A DNA stretch of 64,000 nt from an uncultured Actinomycetota bacterium (lineage in GTDB: Bacteria; Actinomycetota; Humimicrobiia; Humimicrobiales; Humimicrobiaceae): positions 1,669-65,668 of the forward strand of contig CAYLWJ010000107.1 in the NCBI GenBank assembly GCA_964387355.1, read 5' to 3'. This document shows, piece by piece, positions 30,238 to 41,445 of this stretch; the first letter of the stretch is position 1; every line of letters begins with the position of its first letter. Below the pieces are notes generated by a model. The model saw nothing but the letters and a program-made list of their open reading frames with translations, was not told where the DNA came from and made no database searches. The position numbers and the translations under genes were made by a program.

Positions 30238-31269
30238 TTACTGCTTAGAATACCTAAGGTATTTTTTTAAAGAATTAAAATCCTCCGCACATTTTCCTGC
30301 TCCAAGTGCAACTGCTCCTAAAGGATCTTCAGCTAAATAAACAGGGCAATGGGTTTCTCTGCTTATTCTTTCTGCCAATCCTTTAAGCAATGCACCTCCA
30401 CCGCTTAATACAATTCCTCGCTTCATAATATCCGAAGCTAACTCAGGTGGGGTGTTATCAAGTACCTCTAAGATTGCATTTATTATATCGCTAATAGTCT
30501 TTTCAAGTGCTTGTCTTATTTGCTGACTTGTTATTATAATTGTTTTTGGAAGTCCGGTAACCAAGTCCCTACCATTTACTTCCATTTTTCCTTCATTTTC
30601 TAATGGAAATGCAGAACCTATCTCCATTTTTATTTTTTCTGCTGTGCTCTCACCTATCAATAAATTATTCTCCTTTTTTAAATAATAGATAATAGCTTCA
30701 TCCATTTCGTCACCGCCAATTCTTAAAGACTGATAAGCTACTATTCCACCTAATGAAATTATTGCAACCTCAGAAGTTCCACCACCAATATCAACAATCA
30801 TGCTTCCTGTGGGTTCATCAATAGGCAAGCCAGCTCCAATTGCTGCTGCTAAAGGCTCCTCTATAATATATGCTGCCCTTGCGCCTGCCTGCTCAGTTGC
30901 TTCAACTACAGCTTTTTTTTCAACAGCAGTTATACCAGAAGGAACACAAATTACTATTCTTGGTCTTGCAATAACCATATTTTTATGAACTTTTTGAATA
31001 AAATACCTTAACATTTTTTCTGTGGTATCAAAATCTGCAATTACTCCATCTTTAAGAGGTCTTATTGCTACTATATTTCCTGGAGTTCTCCCAACCATTT
31101 TCTTTGCTTCTATGCCAACTGCAAGAATTTTTTTGTTTTCCTTATCTATTGCTACAATTGATGGTTCGTTTAAAACTATTCCTTTATTTTTAACAAAAAC
31201 AAGGGTATTGGCGGTTCCAAGGTCTATACCCATATCTCTACCTATTACATTTAAAAAAAACTCGAACAT
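30238..31269 (-). CDS. mreB: rod shape-determining protein MreB (actin-like ATPase)
   Basis: [12 protein letters not shown] phosphate-1 motif and [10 protein letters not shown]. 343 aa. Confidence 0.95.
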   Translation of the reverse strand: MFEFFLNVIGRDMGIDLGTANTLVFVKNKGIVLNEPSIVAIDKENKKILAVGIEAKKMVGRTPGNIVAIRPLKDGVIADFDTTEKMLRYFIQKVHKNMVIARPRIVICVPSGITAVEKKAVVEATEQAGARAAYIIEEPLAAAIGAGLPIDEPTGSMIVDIGGGTSEVAIISLGGIVAYQSLRIGGDEMDEAIIYYLKKENNLLIGESTAEKIKMEIGSAFPLENEGKMEVNGRDLVTGLPKTIIITSQQIRQALEKTISDIINAILEVLDNTPPELASDIMKRGIVLSGGGALLKGLAERISRETHCPVYLAEDPLGAVALGAGKCAEDFNSLKKYLRYSKQ

Positions 31270-31530
31270 AAAAACTCCTTTGGTTGCCTTCTGTTTTTAT
31301 AAATATATAATAATATAATAATATATAACAATATTGTATGCTTATTATGTGCTTATTTTTTAAAGGCTATATAATTACTTACTTATGATAACCTTTTATT
31401 ATTCTTATATTATTCTTCTTATATTATTCTTATATTATTCTTAATAATAATAAAATAAAATATGTCTTATTATTACTTTTAACTTATATTATAAGCTCAT
31501 TTTCAAGCTTATTTCTCTATTTATTACATT

Positions 31531-32199
31531 TTATATTATTTTATAACCAAGTTCTTCTAGTAACTTTAAAAATTTAGAAACAGGAAAACCTGCAATATTG
31601 TAAAAACATCCACAAATTTTTTCAACTAAAATACTCCCAAAACCACTTATATCGTAAGCGCCTGCTTTATCAAAAACGTTTTCTATTTTTAAATAATTAT
31701 TTATTTCATCATCATTTAAATTTTTAAATTTTACCTTTGTTTTTTCATAATCTCTAACAATTTTGTTGGTGTAAACATCGATTAAAGCTACACCTGTTAT
31801 TACAAAATGATATTTATCCGATAATTTTTTTAAAATTTCTTCAGCCTCATACTTATTCTTTGGTTTTCCTAATATTTCCCTATCTAAATAAACCACAGTG
31901 TCAAAACCAGCAATAACAGCTTTTTTATATTTTATTTTATTTAAATTATTAATTATAACACGATTGTAAACATTTTGTGCTTTTAGATTTGCATTAAATA
32001 AAACAGTTGTATATGGGCTTTTAAATTTTTTTTCAGAAACATTTTCAGGGGTTACAATAAAAAAATCCAGTTTTAATTTCTCAATTATTGCTTTTCTTCT
32101 TGGAGAGGCTGTAGCAAGTATAATTTTAAAATTGTTATTTTGTTTTATATTATTTTTTTTTATGCTTAAATTATTTCCTTCTTCTTCCAAGGTCAGCAA
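31531..32199 (-). CDS. maf: Maf-family nucleoside triphosphate pyrophosphatase
   Basis: KIILATASPRRKAII...GFDTVV motifs. Located upstream of mreB as in Firmicutes. Confidence 0.85.
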   Translation of the reverse strand: MLTLEEEGNNLSIKKNNIKQNNNFKIILATASPRRKAIIEKLKLDFFIVTPENVSEKKFKSPYTTVLFNANLKAQNVYNRVIINNLNKIKYKKAVIAGFDTVVYLDREILGKPKNKYEAEEILKKLSDKYHFVITGVALIDVYTNKIVRDYEKTKVKFKNLNDDEINNYLKIENVFDKAGAYDISGFGSILVEKICGCFYNIAGFPVSKFLKLLEELGYKII

Positions 32200-32425
32200 T
32201 TAAAAAAGCTATTAAAATTCCTAAAACAGCGGCTAATGTTATATTTACATGAATACTAAAACTTGCATCAATTAAATAAAGATTAAAGCTTAACTGGTCA
32301 GTTCCTACTTTTAAACCTCTGTCAAGAATTGGGATAATATCACGTAACACATGGCCAACAATAGCGCCAATTACTCCACCAGCTAACACTATAAAAAATG
32401 TAATTATTCCTCTTATTTTATTCAT
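32171..32425 (-). CDS. small membrane protein, DUF4321-like
   Basis: 84 aa, two hydrophobic segments. Positional equivalent of the DUF4321 gene that sits between maf and mreB in clostridia. Confidence 0.45.
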   Translation of the reverse strand: MNKIRGIITFFIVLAGGVIGAIVGHVLRDIIPILDRGLKVGTDQLSFNLYLIDASFSIHVNITLAAVLGILIAFLIADLGRRRK

Positions 32426-32620
32426 AATAATAATTTTAATTAAAAAACTTTACTGGGTGTAAACCCATCTTGTAAATAGTTAAGTTAATTTAATTACTTG
32501 ATTACTCGCTTAATTTTTTAAATTTATTTTATTTTTTTATATTACTTTGTTTATTAATTTTTACTAATTTTATTATTATTTATTATTATATATTATTATA
32601 ATTATTGTTGTTAGTGTTAT

Positions 32621-33070
32621 TTATTGTTCTGTTTTACAATAAGGGCAAATTTTCCAATCCAATTTTAATGGCTTTTCACAAGAAATGCAGCTCTTTTTTA
32701 GTTTTTTTCTACAGTTAGGACAGATTATAAAATCTTCTTTTACCTCTTTTCCGCAAGATGGGCATCTAATTATGCTTGATGCTAAAAGCATTTCCATTCT
32801 TTTTATTTCAAGGTCCCTTTCCATAACATCTTCTATATATTCAGGCGGTCTAAGAATTAAATAAATAATCAGACCTAAGTAATTAAATAAAAATACAATT
32901 AAAGCCCAAAAAAGAGCACTTGTATTTCTTAGTTTTGCATCCCTGTATGTCCAGTAAACAAATGAAAGCCATATAATAATTAAAACAAAAACAACTCCAT
33001 AAATTAAATATCTCCATATAGGAAGTTTAAAAAATAAAAGTATATTTTCAAAATACTTTAAAAAATCCAT
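32621..33070 (-). CDS. membrane protein with C-terminal double zinc-ribbon
   Basis: Two N-terminal TM helices. CPSCGKE...CPNCRKK...CISCEKP...CPYCK are four CxxC pairs. Confidence 0.5.
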   Translation of the reverse strand: MDFLKYFENILLFFKLPIWRYLIYGVVFVLIIIWLSFVYWTYRDAKLRNTSALFWALIVFLFNYLGLIIYLILRPPEYIEDVMERDLEIKRMEMLLASSIIRCPSCGKEVKEDFIICPNCRKKLKKSCISCEKPLKLDWKICPYCKTEQ

Positions 33071-33123
33071 TTATCCCCCAATATATCATTTAAAATATTA
33101 AAAATATTAAATTTTTCAATTAA

Positions 33124-34485
33124 TTAAATAATTGTTTCTAAATTTGTTATAGAACCAGTAATGCATATAATATCACTACTAGCTGCAATTTTTAAAGCAA
33201 AATCTAAAGAATCTTTTATATTATTTATCGTATAAACTTGTGAAGGCTTACTTTTTAGTTTCTCAGCAAAAAATTTAAATTTGTTTTCAAGTTCAGAGAC
33301 AGGCAGGCTTCTTTTAGTATTGCTTGAAGTCAATATTAATATATCAGCGGCAGGTATAACCGAGTTTAACATTTTTTTATAATCTTTATCTTTCAGTACT
33401 GAAAATATAATTATTTTTTTTGCAACACTATCTTTTGCAACATAGTCCTTTTCATTAAAGATTTCATTTAAATTGCTAATAAAATTTTGCACACCTTCTG
33501 GATTATGCGATGTATCTGCAATAACCAAAGGCCTCTTATTTAGTATTTCAAACCTACCCTTTATATTAATAGAAGCTAATGCTTTTTTTACCCTTTTTTC
33601 ATTTAAAATCTTGCTTTTGTAGTTTAAATAAAGATCTGAAACAGCTGCAGATAAAGAAAAGTTTAATGGCTGATAATTTCCTAAAAGCGGCAAAAAAACA
33701 TTATTAAGACTTGTAAAAATAGTTTTTAAAGAAATATGCCAACCATTTAAAAAAACTCTTTCTTTTTCAGTTATGTAGAAATCTTTTCCATATAAATAAA
33801 GTATAGAATTTGTTTTTAAAGTTTGTTCTTTTAAAATTTTTAAAACCTTTTCATCCTGAGTTGTAGTTGCAACTAAAGCATTCTCCTTTATAACTTTAGA
33901 TTTCTCTTCTGTTATTTTTTCAATAGTATCGCCAAGAATTTGGGTATGCTCAAGACTAACTCCAGTTAAACCAACAACCTTTGAATCTACAGCATTTGTA
34001 GCATCCCACCTGCCTCCCAAGCCAGCCTCCAACACCATAACATCAATTTTTTCTTTAAAACACAACCAAAAAGCCATAGCTGCAATTATTTCAAATTGTG
34101 TTATAGGTCCCCCTAAATCAGCCTCATTTACTTTTAATATAAAGGGATAAATTTCATTAAACAGCTGAGTAAATTCGTTTTGTCTTATTTGTCTGCCGCA
34201 AAACCATAACCTCTCTGTGTATTTTTTTATGTGCGGAGATATATGATAAGCAGAACGAAATCCATGAAAATTTAAAATATGCGCTGTCATTATAGTTGTT
34301 GAAGTCTTGCCATTAGTTCCAACAATGTGAATAAAATCTGTATGATTACTTTTATGTGGATTCCCAAGAAGTTCAAGAATTTTATTTATTCTAAGTAGAT
34401 TTGGTTTTATTCCAAAAATTAATGAATCGTCTAAATATTTCTCAACTTGAGCATAATTAAATTTAGAACTGTAATTTTTTTTCAT
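33124..34485 (-). CDS. folC: folylpolyglutamate synthase / dihydrofolate synthase (Mur-ligase family)
   Basis: P-loop HIVGTNGKTSTT. Mur ligase middle and C-terminal domains. Sits after valS as in Firmicutes. Confidence 0.8.
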   Translation of the reverse strand: MKKNYSSKFNYAQVEKYLDDSLIFGIKPNLLRINKILELLGNPHKSNHTDFIHIVGTNGKTSTTIMTAHILNFHGFRSAYHISPHIKKYTERLWFCGRQIRQNEFTQLFNEIYPFILKVNEADLGGPITQFEIIAAMAFWLCFKEKIDVMVLEAGLGGRWDATNAVDSKVVGLTGVSLEHTQILGDTIEKITEEKSKVIKENALVATTTQDEKVLKILKEQTLKTNSILYLYGKDFYITEKERVFLNGWHISLKTIFTSLNNVFLPLLGNYQPLNFSLSAAVSDLYLNYKSKILNEKRVKKALASINIKGRFEILNKRPLVIADTSHNPEGVQNFISNLNEIFNEKDYVAKDSVAKKIIIFSVLKDKDYKKMLNSVIPAADILILTSSNTKRSLPVSELENKFKFFAEKLKSKPSQVYTINNIKDSLDFALKIAASSDIICITGSITNLETII

Positions 34486-34500
34486 ACTTTATTAATCTCT

Positions 34501-34621
34501 ATATTATCCAATGCTATGCATAATTATCCGATACCCTGTATAATTATCCATCATTCTGTGTAATATCCAACACCTATATAATTATTCAATACTATGCATA
34601 ATTATCCAACAACCCGCGTAA
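34501..34621. repeat. array of ~6 degenerate ~20-nt tandem repeats (RTGYATAATTATCCAAYA...) in the valS-folC intergenic region
   Basis: Units atgcataattatccgataccct / gtataattatccatcattct / gtgtaatatccaacacct / atataattattcaatact / atgcataattatccaacaaccc read directly from the sequence. Confidence 0.6.
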
Positions 34622-37393
34622 TCATCTTAAATTCTGCATACTTTTAATAGTATTTAACTGTTCTTTTAAAACCTTAAGCTCTTCTAAACCCTTTTCTAAT
34701 TTAATTTTTTCCTTATTAATTATATCTTTAGGCGCTTTACTAACAAATTGAGGATTTGAAAGTTTTTTAGAACTTTTTTCAATTTCTTCATTTAACTTTT
34801 CAATTACAGATAAAATTCTTTTAATTTCTGCATCAATGTTTATTACATCAAGTAAATAAATAAAAATTTGACTGTTATTTTTTATAGTCTTAATATAGCC
34901 TTTTTTCTCTACTGGTTCAGCAAAATCTAAAACTTCTATTTTTGCAAGATTTTTAATAAATAATTCATTATCTTTTAAAAGCTTAAGGGTATTTTCATCC
35001 GAAGGTTTTATACTTGCTTTTATATTAACTCCTGGATTTATTTTTTGTTCTGTTCTAATCCTTCTAATTTCGCTTACTATCTGAATTATTTCATTTACTT
35101 TATTCTCAGCTATTTCATCAATGTTATCTAAAATTTTATTGTTATTTTTAGGATAACTGGAAAGCATAATGCTTTCCCCTTCATGAGGTATGTTTTGCCA
35201 TATTTTTTCAGTTATAAAAGGCATAAAAGGATGAAGTAGTCTTAAATACTTTTCTAAAACATACCATAAAACAAAAAGGGTTGAGTTAATCTTCATTTGT
35301 TGATTTAAATTTGAAGAGTTAAAAAGTATCGCCTTTGAAAATACCACTTTTGAAATTTCAATATACCAATCACAAAATTCATTCCAAAAAAAACTTGTAA
35401 GAGTTCTACAAGCAAAAGACATGTTATATTTAGATAGATATTTTTCTATTGATTTAACAGCTTTTGAAAGCCTTGATAAAATCCACTTTTCCCACAACCC
35501 AAGATCTAAATCTTTATAAGATACTTGGATTGACTTTATAAGTTCTTCTTTAAAATTAAAGTTTTGAAAATTTGAAAGGACAAACTTAGAAGCATTCCAA
35601 ATTTTATTAGCAAAATTTCTGCTTCCTTCAATTTTCTCTTCTCCAAGCAATAAATTTTTACCAGGAGTTGTTAATGACGCAAGAGTAAACCTTAAAGAAT
35701 CTGCACCAAATTTTTCAATTATTGAGAGCGGATCAATGACATTTCCCTTTGACTTACTCATTTTCTGCCCATAAATGTCATTAACTAACGGATTTACAAA
35801 AACCTCTTTAAAAGGCACATCTTTCATAAAATAAAGGCTCATCATTATCATTCTTGCAACCCAAAAGAAAATAATATCATGACCTGTAACAAGAAGAGTC
35901 GTTGGAAAATAATATTCTAGTTCTTTAGTTTTATTTGGCCACCCTAAAGAAGCAAAGGGCCAAAGACATGAAGAAAACCAAGTATCTAATACATCACTAT
36001 CTTGGATTAAATTCTTGCTTCCGCACTTACATTTTAAGGGCTCATGCTCTGAAACTATCGTTTCATTACAATCACCGCAGTACCAAACAGGTATTCGATG
36101 CCCCCACCACAGCTGTCTGGAGATACACCAGTCTTTAATATTTTCAATCCAGTTAAAATATATTTTTTCCCACTTTTTTGGAATAAATTTAACTTTACCG
36201 TCTTTAACTGCCTCAATTGCTGGTTTGGCAAGTTTCTTCATTGATACAAACCATTGATTTGAAATTCTTGGTTCAATTACGCTATCACATCTTGAGCAAA
36301 AACCAATTGAAGATACATGCTGCCTTACTCTTTCAAGTAAACCCATATTATTTAAATCACTAATAATCTTTTTCCTTGCTTCATATCTTTCCATTCCTTT
36401 GTATTTTCCGGCATTCTCATTTAAGACAGCATTGTCATCCATAATATTGATTATCTCAAGATTATGTTTTTTAGAAAGTTCAAAATCGTTTGGGTCATGT
36501 GCAGGAGTAACTTTTAAAGCACCTGTTCCAAAGTTCATATCAACATAAGAATCAGCAATTACAGGTATTTTTCTCTCAGCTAAAGGCAGCAAAATAAATC
36601 TGCCTATGTATTTTTTATATCTTTTGTCTTGGGGATTTACTGCAACTGCAGTATCTCCAAGCATAGTTTCTGGACGAGTGGTAGAAACTGTTATAAATTC
36701 ATTCTTACTTGCAAGACCAGTTTTTTCGTCAATTAGAGGATATTTTATATCCCAAAGACTGCCTTTTTTTTGTTTATGTTCAACTTCAATATCAGAAATA
36801 GCAGTCAGACATCTTGGGCACCAATTTATCATATAATTTCCGCGATAAATTAACCCATTATTATATAGCGTAACAAATTCATGTGTAACTGCCTTGCAGT
36901 AATCCTCATCTAATGTAAATCTTAACCTTTGCCAGTCACAAGAGCAACCTAAAGCCTTTAGCTGTGAAATTATCCTTGAACCATAGTTTTCTTTCCATTC
37001 CCATACTTTTTTTACAAACTGTTCTCTGCCTAAATCAAATCTTGTAATACCCTGCTTGTTTAACTCTCTTTCGACAACATTTTGAGTAGCAATACCTGCA
37101 TGATCTGTCCCTGGAATCCAGCAAGCAGAATAACCCTTCATTCTTGCAATTCTTATCATTATATCCTGAAGTGAGTTGTTTAATGCATGGCCAATATGCA
37201 AATAACCAGTTACATTTGGAGGAGGTATAACAATACTGTATGGGATTTTATCCGGGTTTATTTCGCCATGAAAATAATTCTTTTCTTGCCAGAACTGGTA
37301 AATTTCTTTTTCAAATTCAAATGGATTATATTTACCAAGTGGTGTTTGAATATTTTCTTTTGTTAGTGAATTTTTCTTGCTTGTTTGCGGCAT
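34622..37393 (-). CDS. valS: valyl-tRNA synthetase
   Basis: HIGH motif PPPNVTGYLHIGHALNN, KMSKS motif GQKMSKSKGN, and a C-terminal coiled coil. 923 aa. Confidence 0.95.
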   Translation of the reverse strand: MPQTSKKNSLTKENIQTPLGKYNPFEFEKEIYQFWQEKNYFHGEINPDKIPYSIVIPPPNVTGYLHIGHALNNSLQDIMIRIARMKGYSACWIPGTDHAGIATQNVVERELNKQGITRFDLGREQFVKKVWEWKENYGSRIISQLKALGCSCDWQRLRFTLDEDYCKAVTHEFVTLYNNGLIYRGNYMINWCPRCLTAISDIEVEHKQKKGSLWDIKYPLIDEKTGLASKNEFITVSTTRPETMLGDTAVAVNPQDKRYKKYIGRFILLPLAERKIPVIADSYVDMNFGTGALKVTPAHDPNDFELSKKHNLEIINIMDDNAVLNENAGKYKGMERYEARKKIISDLNNMGLLERVRQHVSSIGFCSRCDSVIEPRISNQWFVSMKKLAKPAIEAVKDGKVKFIPKKWEKIYFNWIENIKDWCISRQLWWGHRIPVWYCGDCNETIVSEHEPLKCKCGSKNLIQDSDVLDTWFSSCLWPFASLGWPNKTKELEYYFPTTLLVTGHDIIFFWVARMIMMSLYFMKDVPFKEVFVNPLVNDIYGQKMSKSKGNVIDPLSIIEKFGADSLRFTLASLTTPGKNLLLGEEKIEGSRNFANKIWNASKFVLSNFQNFNFKEELIKSIQVSYKDLDLGLWEKWILSRLSKAVKSIEKYLSKYNMSFACRTLTSFFWNEFCDWYIEISKVVFSKAILFNSSNLNQQMKINSTLFVLWYVLEKYLRLLHPFMPFITEKIWQNIPHEGESIMLSSYPKNNNKILDNIDEIAENKVNEIIQIVSEIRRIRTEQKINPGVNIKASIKPSDENTLKLLKDNELFIKNLAKIEVLDFAEPVEKKGYIKTIKNNSQIFIYLLDVINIDAEIKRILSVIEKLNEEIEKSSKKLSNPQFVSKAPKDIINKEKIKLEKGLEELKVLKEQLNTIKSMQNLR

Positions 37394-37475
37394 TAAACTT
37401 CCCTTTATAATTATAATTTTATTGGTTGTAATGTTAATTTATTGCTTATAATGTTAAGAAAGCTTTTCAAGATTC

Positions 37476-38759
37476 TTAAGCAAGCTTTTCAAAACTCTGG
37501 TTGTCTAAGCTTAAACTTTCCTTATCAGAAAGTAGTAAAGGATTTATTTTACTTTCAACTACCTCTTTTGTAATTACACATCTTTTTATATCTTTTCTTG
37601 AAGGAATTTCAAACATTACTTCAAGCATAATTTCTTCCATAATTGAACGCAAGCCCCTAGCACCTGTACCACGCTTTAGTGCAAGCAAAGCAATAGATTC
37701 CAATGCATCCTTTTTAAAAATCAACTCAACATTATCCATTGAAAATATTTTCTTATACTGCTTAACCAGTGAATTTTTTGGCTCTGTTAATATTCTTATA
37801 AGGTCTTGTTCATTTAGACTTGATAAAGTTGTTATGACTGGAAGCCTTCCAACAAACTCAGGAATCATGCCATACTTTAAAAGATCTTCTGGCAAAATCT
37901 GGGGCAGTAAATTATCCATCCTTTCAGTCTTTTTCTGTATTTTTTCAGGAATAAAACCCACAGAATTTTTATTTAATCTTTTCTCAATTATTTTTTCAAT
38001 ACCATCAAATGTTCCTCCACAGATAAATAATATATTTGATGTATTAATCTGAATAAAATCCTGGTGAGGATGTTTTCTTCCTCCATGAGGAGGTACATTA
38101 GCTTCTGTTCCTTCCAAAATCTTAAGCAATGCTTGCTGAACACCTTCACCAGATACATCTCTTGTTATTGATGGATTTTCAGACTTCCTGCTTATTTTAT
38201 CAACTTCATCAAGATAAATTATGCCTGTTTCTGCTCTTTTAATATCAAAATCGGCATTCTGAATAAGTTTTAATAAAATATTTTCTACATCTTCACCAAC
38301 ATATCCAGCTTCAGTTAGAGCAGTTGCATCAGCTATTGCAAAAGGAACATTTAAAATTTTTGCAAGAGTTTGTGCAAGTAAAGTTTTGCCACAACCTGTT
38401 GGACCAATTAATAAAATATTGCTTTTTTGTATTTCAACATCATCTTTTAAAGAGTTATATCCATATTTAACTCTTTTGTAATGATTATATACTGCAACTG
38501 ATAAAACTTTTTTTGCTTTTTCCTGTCCAATTACATAATCATTAAGAATAGAAAAAATTTCATTTGGCTTTGGAAGGTCTTTAAAATCAACTTCTTTTTC
38601 TTCTTTTAATTCTTCATCAATTATTTCATTACACAGCTCAATACATTCATCACAAATATAAACACCAGGACCAGCAATAAGCTTTCTTACCTGATTTTGG
38701 CTCTTGTTGCAAAAAGAGCATTTGAGAAAATCTGTTCTTTTTTTATCTTCTTGAGACAA
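37476..38759 (-). CDS. clpX: ATP-dependent Clp protease ATP-binding subunit ClpX
   Basis: N-terminal zinc-binding domain CSFCNKSQ...CDEC. Walker A GPTGCGKT. Confidence 0.95.
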   Translation of the reverse strand: MSQEDKKRTDFLKCSFCNKSQNQVRKLIAGPGVYICDECIELCNEIIDEELKEEKEVDFKDLPKPNEIFSILNDYVIGQEKAKKVLSVAVYNHYKRVKYGYNSLKDDVEIQKSNILLIGPTGCGKTLLAQTLAKILNVPFAIADATALTEAGYVGEDVENILLKLIQNADFDIKRAETGIIYLDEVDKISRKSENPSITRDVSGEGVQQALLKILEGTEANVPPHGGRKHPHQDFIQINTSNILFICGGTFDGIEKIIEKRLNKNSVGFIPEKIQKKTERMDNLLPQILPEDLLKYGMIPEFVGRLPVITTLSSLNEQDLIRILTEPKNSLVKQYKKIFSMDNVELIFKKDALESIALLALKRGTGARGLRSIMEEIMLEVMFEIPSRKDIKRCVITKEVVESKINPLLLSDKESLSLDNQSFEKLA

Positions 38760-39014
38760 ATTACCTCATTCCTCTCCTATAATTAAATTAAATAATAAAT
38801 TTTAATTTGAAAGTATAATCTTAAAATATTAACCAGTATTAGTATTAATTATTATTATTTATTATTTATTATTTATTATTTGTATTATTTTTATTATCTG
38901 TATTATTTAATAAATTATATTTTAACTATTCTGTATTTTTTGCTTTTTTAATTCTTGCTATTTTTTACTATTTTTTTATTATATCTTAATTTTATTATAT
39001 CTTAACTTTTTCTA

Positions 39015-39611
39015 TTATTTTTTCACTATTATTTCATCAATGATGCCATATTCTTTTGCACCTTGAGCGTCTAAGATAAAATCTCTTTCAGTATCTTTTT
39101 CTATTTTCTTTATGTCCTGTCCAGTATGTTTTGCAATTATTTCATTTAACAGCCTTCTAAGCCTAACCATTTCTCTTGTCTGAATTTCAACATCCATGGA
39201 AGTGCCTTGAACTCCGCCAGATGGCTGGTGCAAAAGTATCCTAGCATGTGGCAAAGAGTATCTTTTGCCCTTTTCCCCTGCAAGCAAGAGAACTGCTGCA
39301 GCGCTTGCAGCCTGTCCAATACAAATGGATGATACCGGAGATTTGATAAACTGCATTGTATCGTAAATAGCAAGTGCTGCGGTTACAACACCGCCAGGAC
39401 TATTTATATATAATTGTATATCTTTTTCAGGATCTTCTGCATCTAAATGAAGCATTTGTGCCATAACAACATTTGCCATATTATCATCTATTTCAGAACC
39501 TAAAAAGATAATTCTTTCTTGCAAAAGCCTTGAATAAATATCAAAAGACCTCTCACCTCTATTTGTCTGCTCTATTACCATCGGTATTAAATAATCATTT
39601 ACAACTCTCAT
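39015..39611 (-). CDS. clpP: ATP-dependent Clp protease proteolytic subunit ClpP
   Basis: ClpP fold with [12 protein letters not shown] around the active Ser and the HQPSGG region. 198 aa. Confidence 0.95.
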   Translation of the reverse strand: MRVVNDYLIPMVIEQTNRGERSFDIYSRLLQERIIFLGSEIDDNMANVVMAQMLHLDAEDPEKDIQLYINSPGGVVTAALAIYDTMQFIKSPVSSICIGQAASAAAVLLLAGEKGKRYSLPHARILLHQPSGGVQGTSMDVEIQTREMVRLRRLLNEIIAKHTGQDIKKIEKDTERDFILDAQGAKEYGIIDEIIVKK

Positions 39612-39737
39612 TACTTTTCACCCTTTTTAATTAGTCTAACTTTTCACCCTTTTTAATTAATTTAATTTTAATTTAATCAGTTTGCTTCATCAATTGTCAA
39701 TTATCTGTATAATTTGCTTAATTACTGTTATTTTACA

Positions 39738-39763
39738 CATAGCTATGATTTTACATATAGCTA
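39738..39763. promoter_or_regulatory. two copies of the palindromic octamer ATAGCTAT (within CATAGCTATG), 18 nt centre-to-centre, upstream of clpP; candidate operator
   Basis: acaCATAGCTATGattttacatATAGCTATGg in the tig-clpP intergenic region. The same region also holds a 21-nt perfect direct repeat TACTTTTCACCCTTTTTAATTA (39613-39660), which duplicates the clpP ribosome-binding region. Confidence 0.35.
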
Positions 39764-39856
39764 TGGTGTAATGATTTATTTACTTATTTATTTACTTATT
39801 TATTTATTTATTATTTATTTATTTGGAAACCATAATTATATATTTAAAACCTATAA

Positions 39857-41230
39857 CTATTTATTTGGAACCCATAATTTTTTATCACTCAAATTTTCTT
39901 TTTTCAAGTCTTTTTCTTCTTTAATCTTTGCATTTTTAATTAATAGGTCAAATAAATTTCGCTGCCTAAGACTTAAAATCAAATCGTCTTTTCCTTTTTC
40001 ACTATCTAAATATTCTTTTACTTTTGCTTTATCTTCTTCATTTTCATAAGAATTTATAATTTTTTCTTTTTCTTCTAATATTTGTTCGTTAGTTGGCTCA
40101 ATATTTTTGGCTTCAATTCTACTAATAGCAGAAATAATTAAATATTCTTTAGTTTCATTAATAGCACGCTCCATTATAAGCTGGTTGTGTTTCTCCTCAG
40201 TTAAATTAAATGCTTTAAGATAGTCTTCTTTTGAAATTTTATTTTTTTCCAAATAGTTCTGTAAATCCTCCTCAAACATTCTCACTCTGCTATCTATCAT
40301 TGGCTTAGGAACTTCAAAATTTGCATTTTCAACCAAATATTTCAAAATATCAGCAATCATTCTTTCTCTTCTAGCCTTTTTTTTCTGCTCACCAATTTTT
40401 TGTTTAATAAAATCCTTAAACTCCTCTACATTTTTATAATCGCCAAACATACTTAAAAATTCATTATCAAGCTCTGGTAAAACTTTTACTTTTATTTCTT
40501 TTAAATCTATAGAAAAGTGCGCAACCTTTCCTGCTATACTTTGATTTGCTATATTTGGTGGAAGAAGCAAGTCAACTTCTTTATGCTCACCCTTTTTCAT
40601 GCCAATTAGAGTATTTTCAAAATCCTCAAACAATGTTTTTGAACCTATTTCCAGTGTGTAATCCTGAGCGCTATTTCCTTCAAATTCCTGACCATCAATA
40701 GTGCCTGTAAAATCAACAATTACAAAATCCCCTGCTTTTGCTGGTCTACCTTCATCTAGTGTTTCAAGAGTCGCATAATTATTTCTTAATTGCTCTATTT
40801 GCTTTTCTACTTCTTCATCGCTAACACCTTCGCTAAGACCAACAACCTCAATGCCCTTATATTTTGGAGGCTCAATTTCAGGTTCAACTTCAACTGTTAT
40901 CTCAAAATCAAGAGGAATATTTTCACCAATGCTGTTAATTTTTATCTTTGGATAATCAATAGGCTTAATTTTTGATTCATCTATAATTTGTGGATAAAGT
41001 TCTGATATTGCAATACTTGCAGCTTCATTTAAAACATACTCTTTACCAAAATTTAAATCAATTATATTGTAAGGAATTTTCCCTGGTCTAAATCCTGGAA
41101 TTTTAGCTTTAGATGAAATTTCTTTATATGCTGTATTTAAGGATTTTTTTAAATAATTATTTGCAATTTCCAAATCAAGCATAACCTTATTTTTTTCAAT
41201 TTTTTTTATACTTTTAACTTTATAGCTCAA
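39857..41230 (-). CDS. tig: trigger factor
   Basis: N-terminal ribosome-binding domain, a central FKBP-type PPIase, and a C-terminal domain. The tig-clpP-clpX order is conserved. Confidence 0.9.
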   Translation of the reverse strand: MSYKVKSIKKIEKNKVMLDLEIANNYLKKSLNTAYKEISSKAKIPGFRPGKIPYNIIDLNFGKEYVLNEAASIAISELYPQIIDESKIKPIDYPKIKINSIGENIPLDFEITVEVEPEIEPPKYKGIEVVGLSEGVSDEEVEKQIEQLRNNYATLETLDEGRPAKAGDFVIVDFTGTIDGQEFEGNSAQDYTLEIGSKTLFEDFENTLIGMKKGEHKEVDLLLPPNIANQSIAGKVAHFSIDLKEIKVKVLPELDNEFLSMFGDYKNVEEFKDFIKQKIGEQKKKARRERMIADILKYLVENANFEVPKPMIDSRVRMFEEDLQNYLEKNKISKEDYLKAFNLTEEKHNQLIMERAINETKEYLIISAISRIEAKNIEPTNEQILEEKEKIINSYENEEDKAKVKEYLDSEKGKDDLILSLRQRNLFDLLIKNAKIKEEKDLKKENLSDKKLWVPNK

Positions 41231-41328
41231 AACTATCTCACTCCAATCTAAATAAAAAAATTTTATTAATAAATTTATTAAATTTAAAATTTATATGTAT
41301 TATAAAATTTAAATTTATAATACTTTTA

Positions 41329-41416
41329 TGGTGCGAGAGAGGGGATTTGAACCCCTACAGGTTGTTAGCCCACTAGATCCTAAGTCTAGCGCGTCTGCCA
41401 ATTCCGCCACTCTCGC
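41329..41416 (-). tRNA. tRNA-Leu (anticodon TAG), CCA encoded
   Basis: Reverse complement GCGAGAGTGGCGGAATTGGCAGACGCGCTAGACTTAGGATCTAGTGGGCTAACAACCTGTAGGGGTTCAAATCCCCTCTCTCGCACCA. Long variable arm. Anticodon loop CTTAGGA. Confidence 0.85.
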
Positions 41417-41445
41417 AAAAAACTAAGAAAACTATATAAAAACTA

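Noticed and set aside
39714-40049. 111-aa plus-strand ORF rich in YLLIYLF repeats
   Set aside because: It covers the repeat-rich tig-clpP spacer and the antisense 3' end of tig. It is a low-complexity artefact of the ATTTATTT microsatellite.
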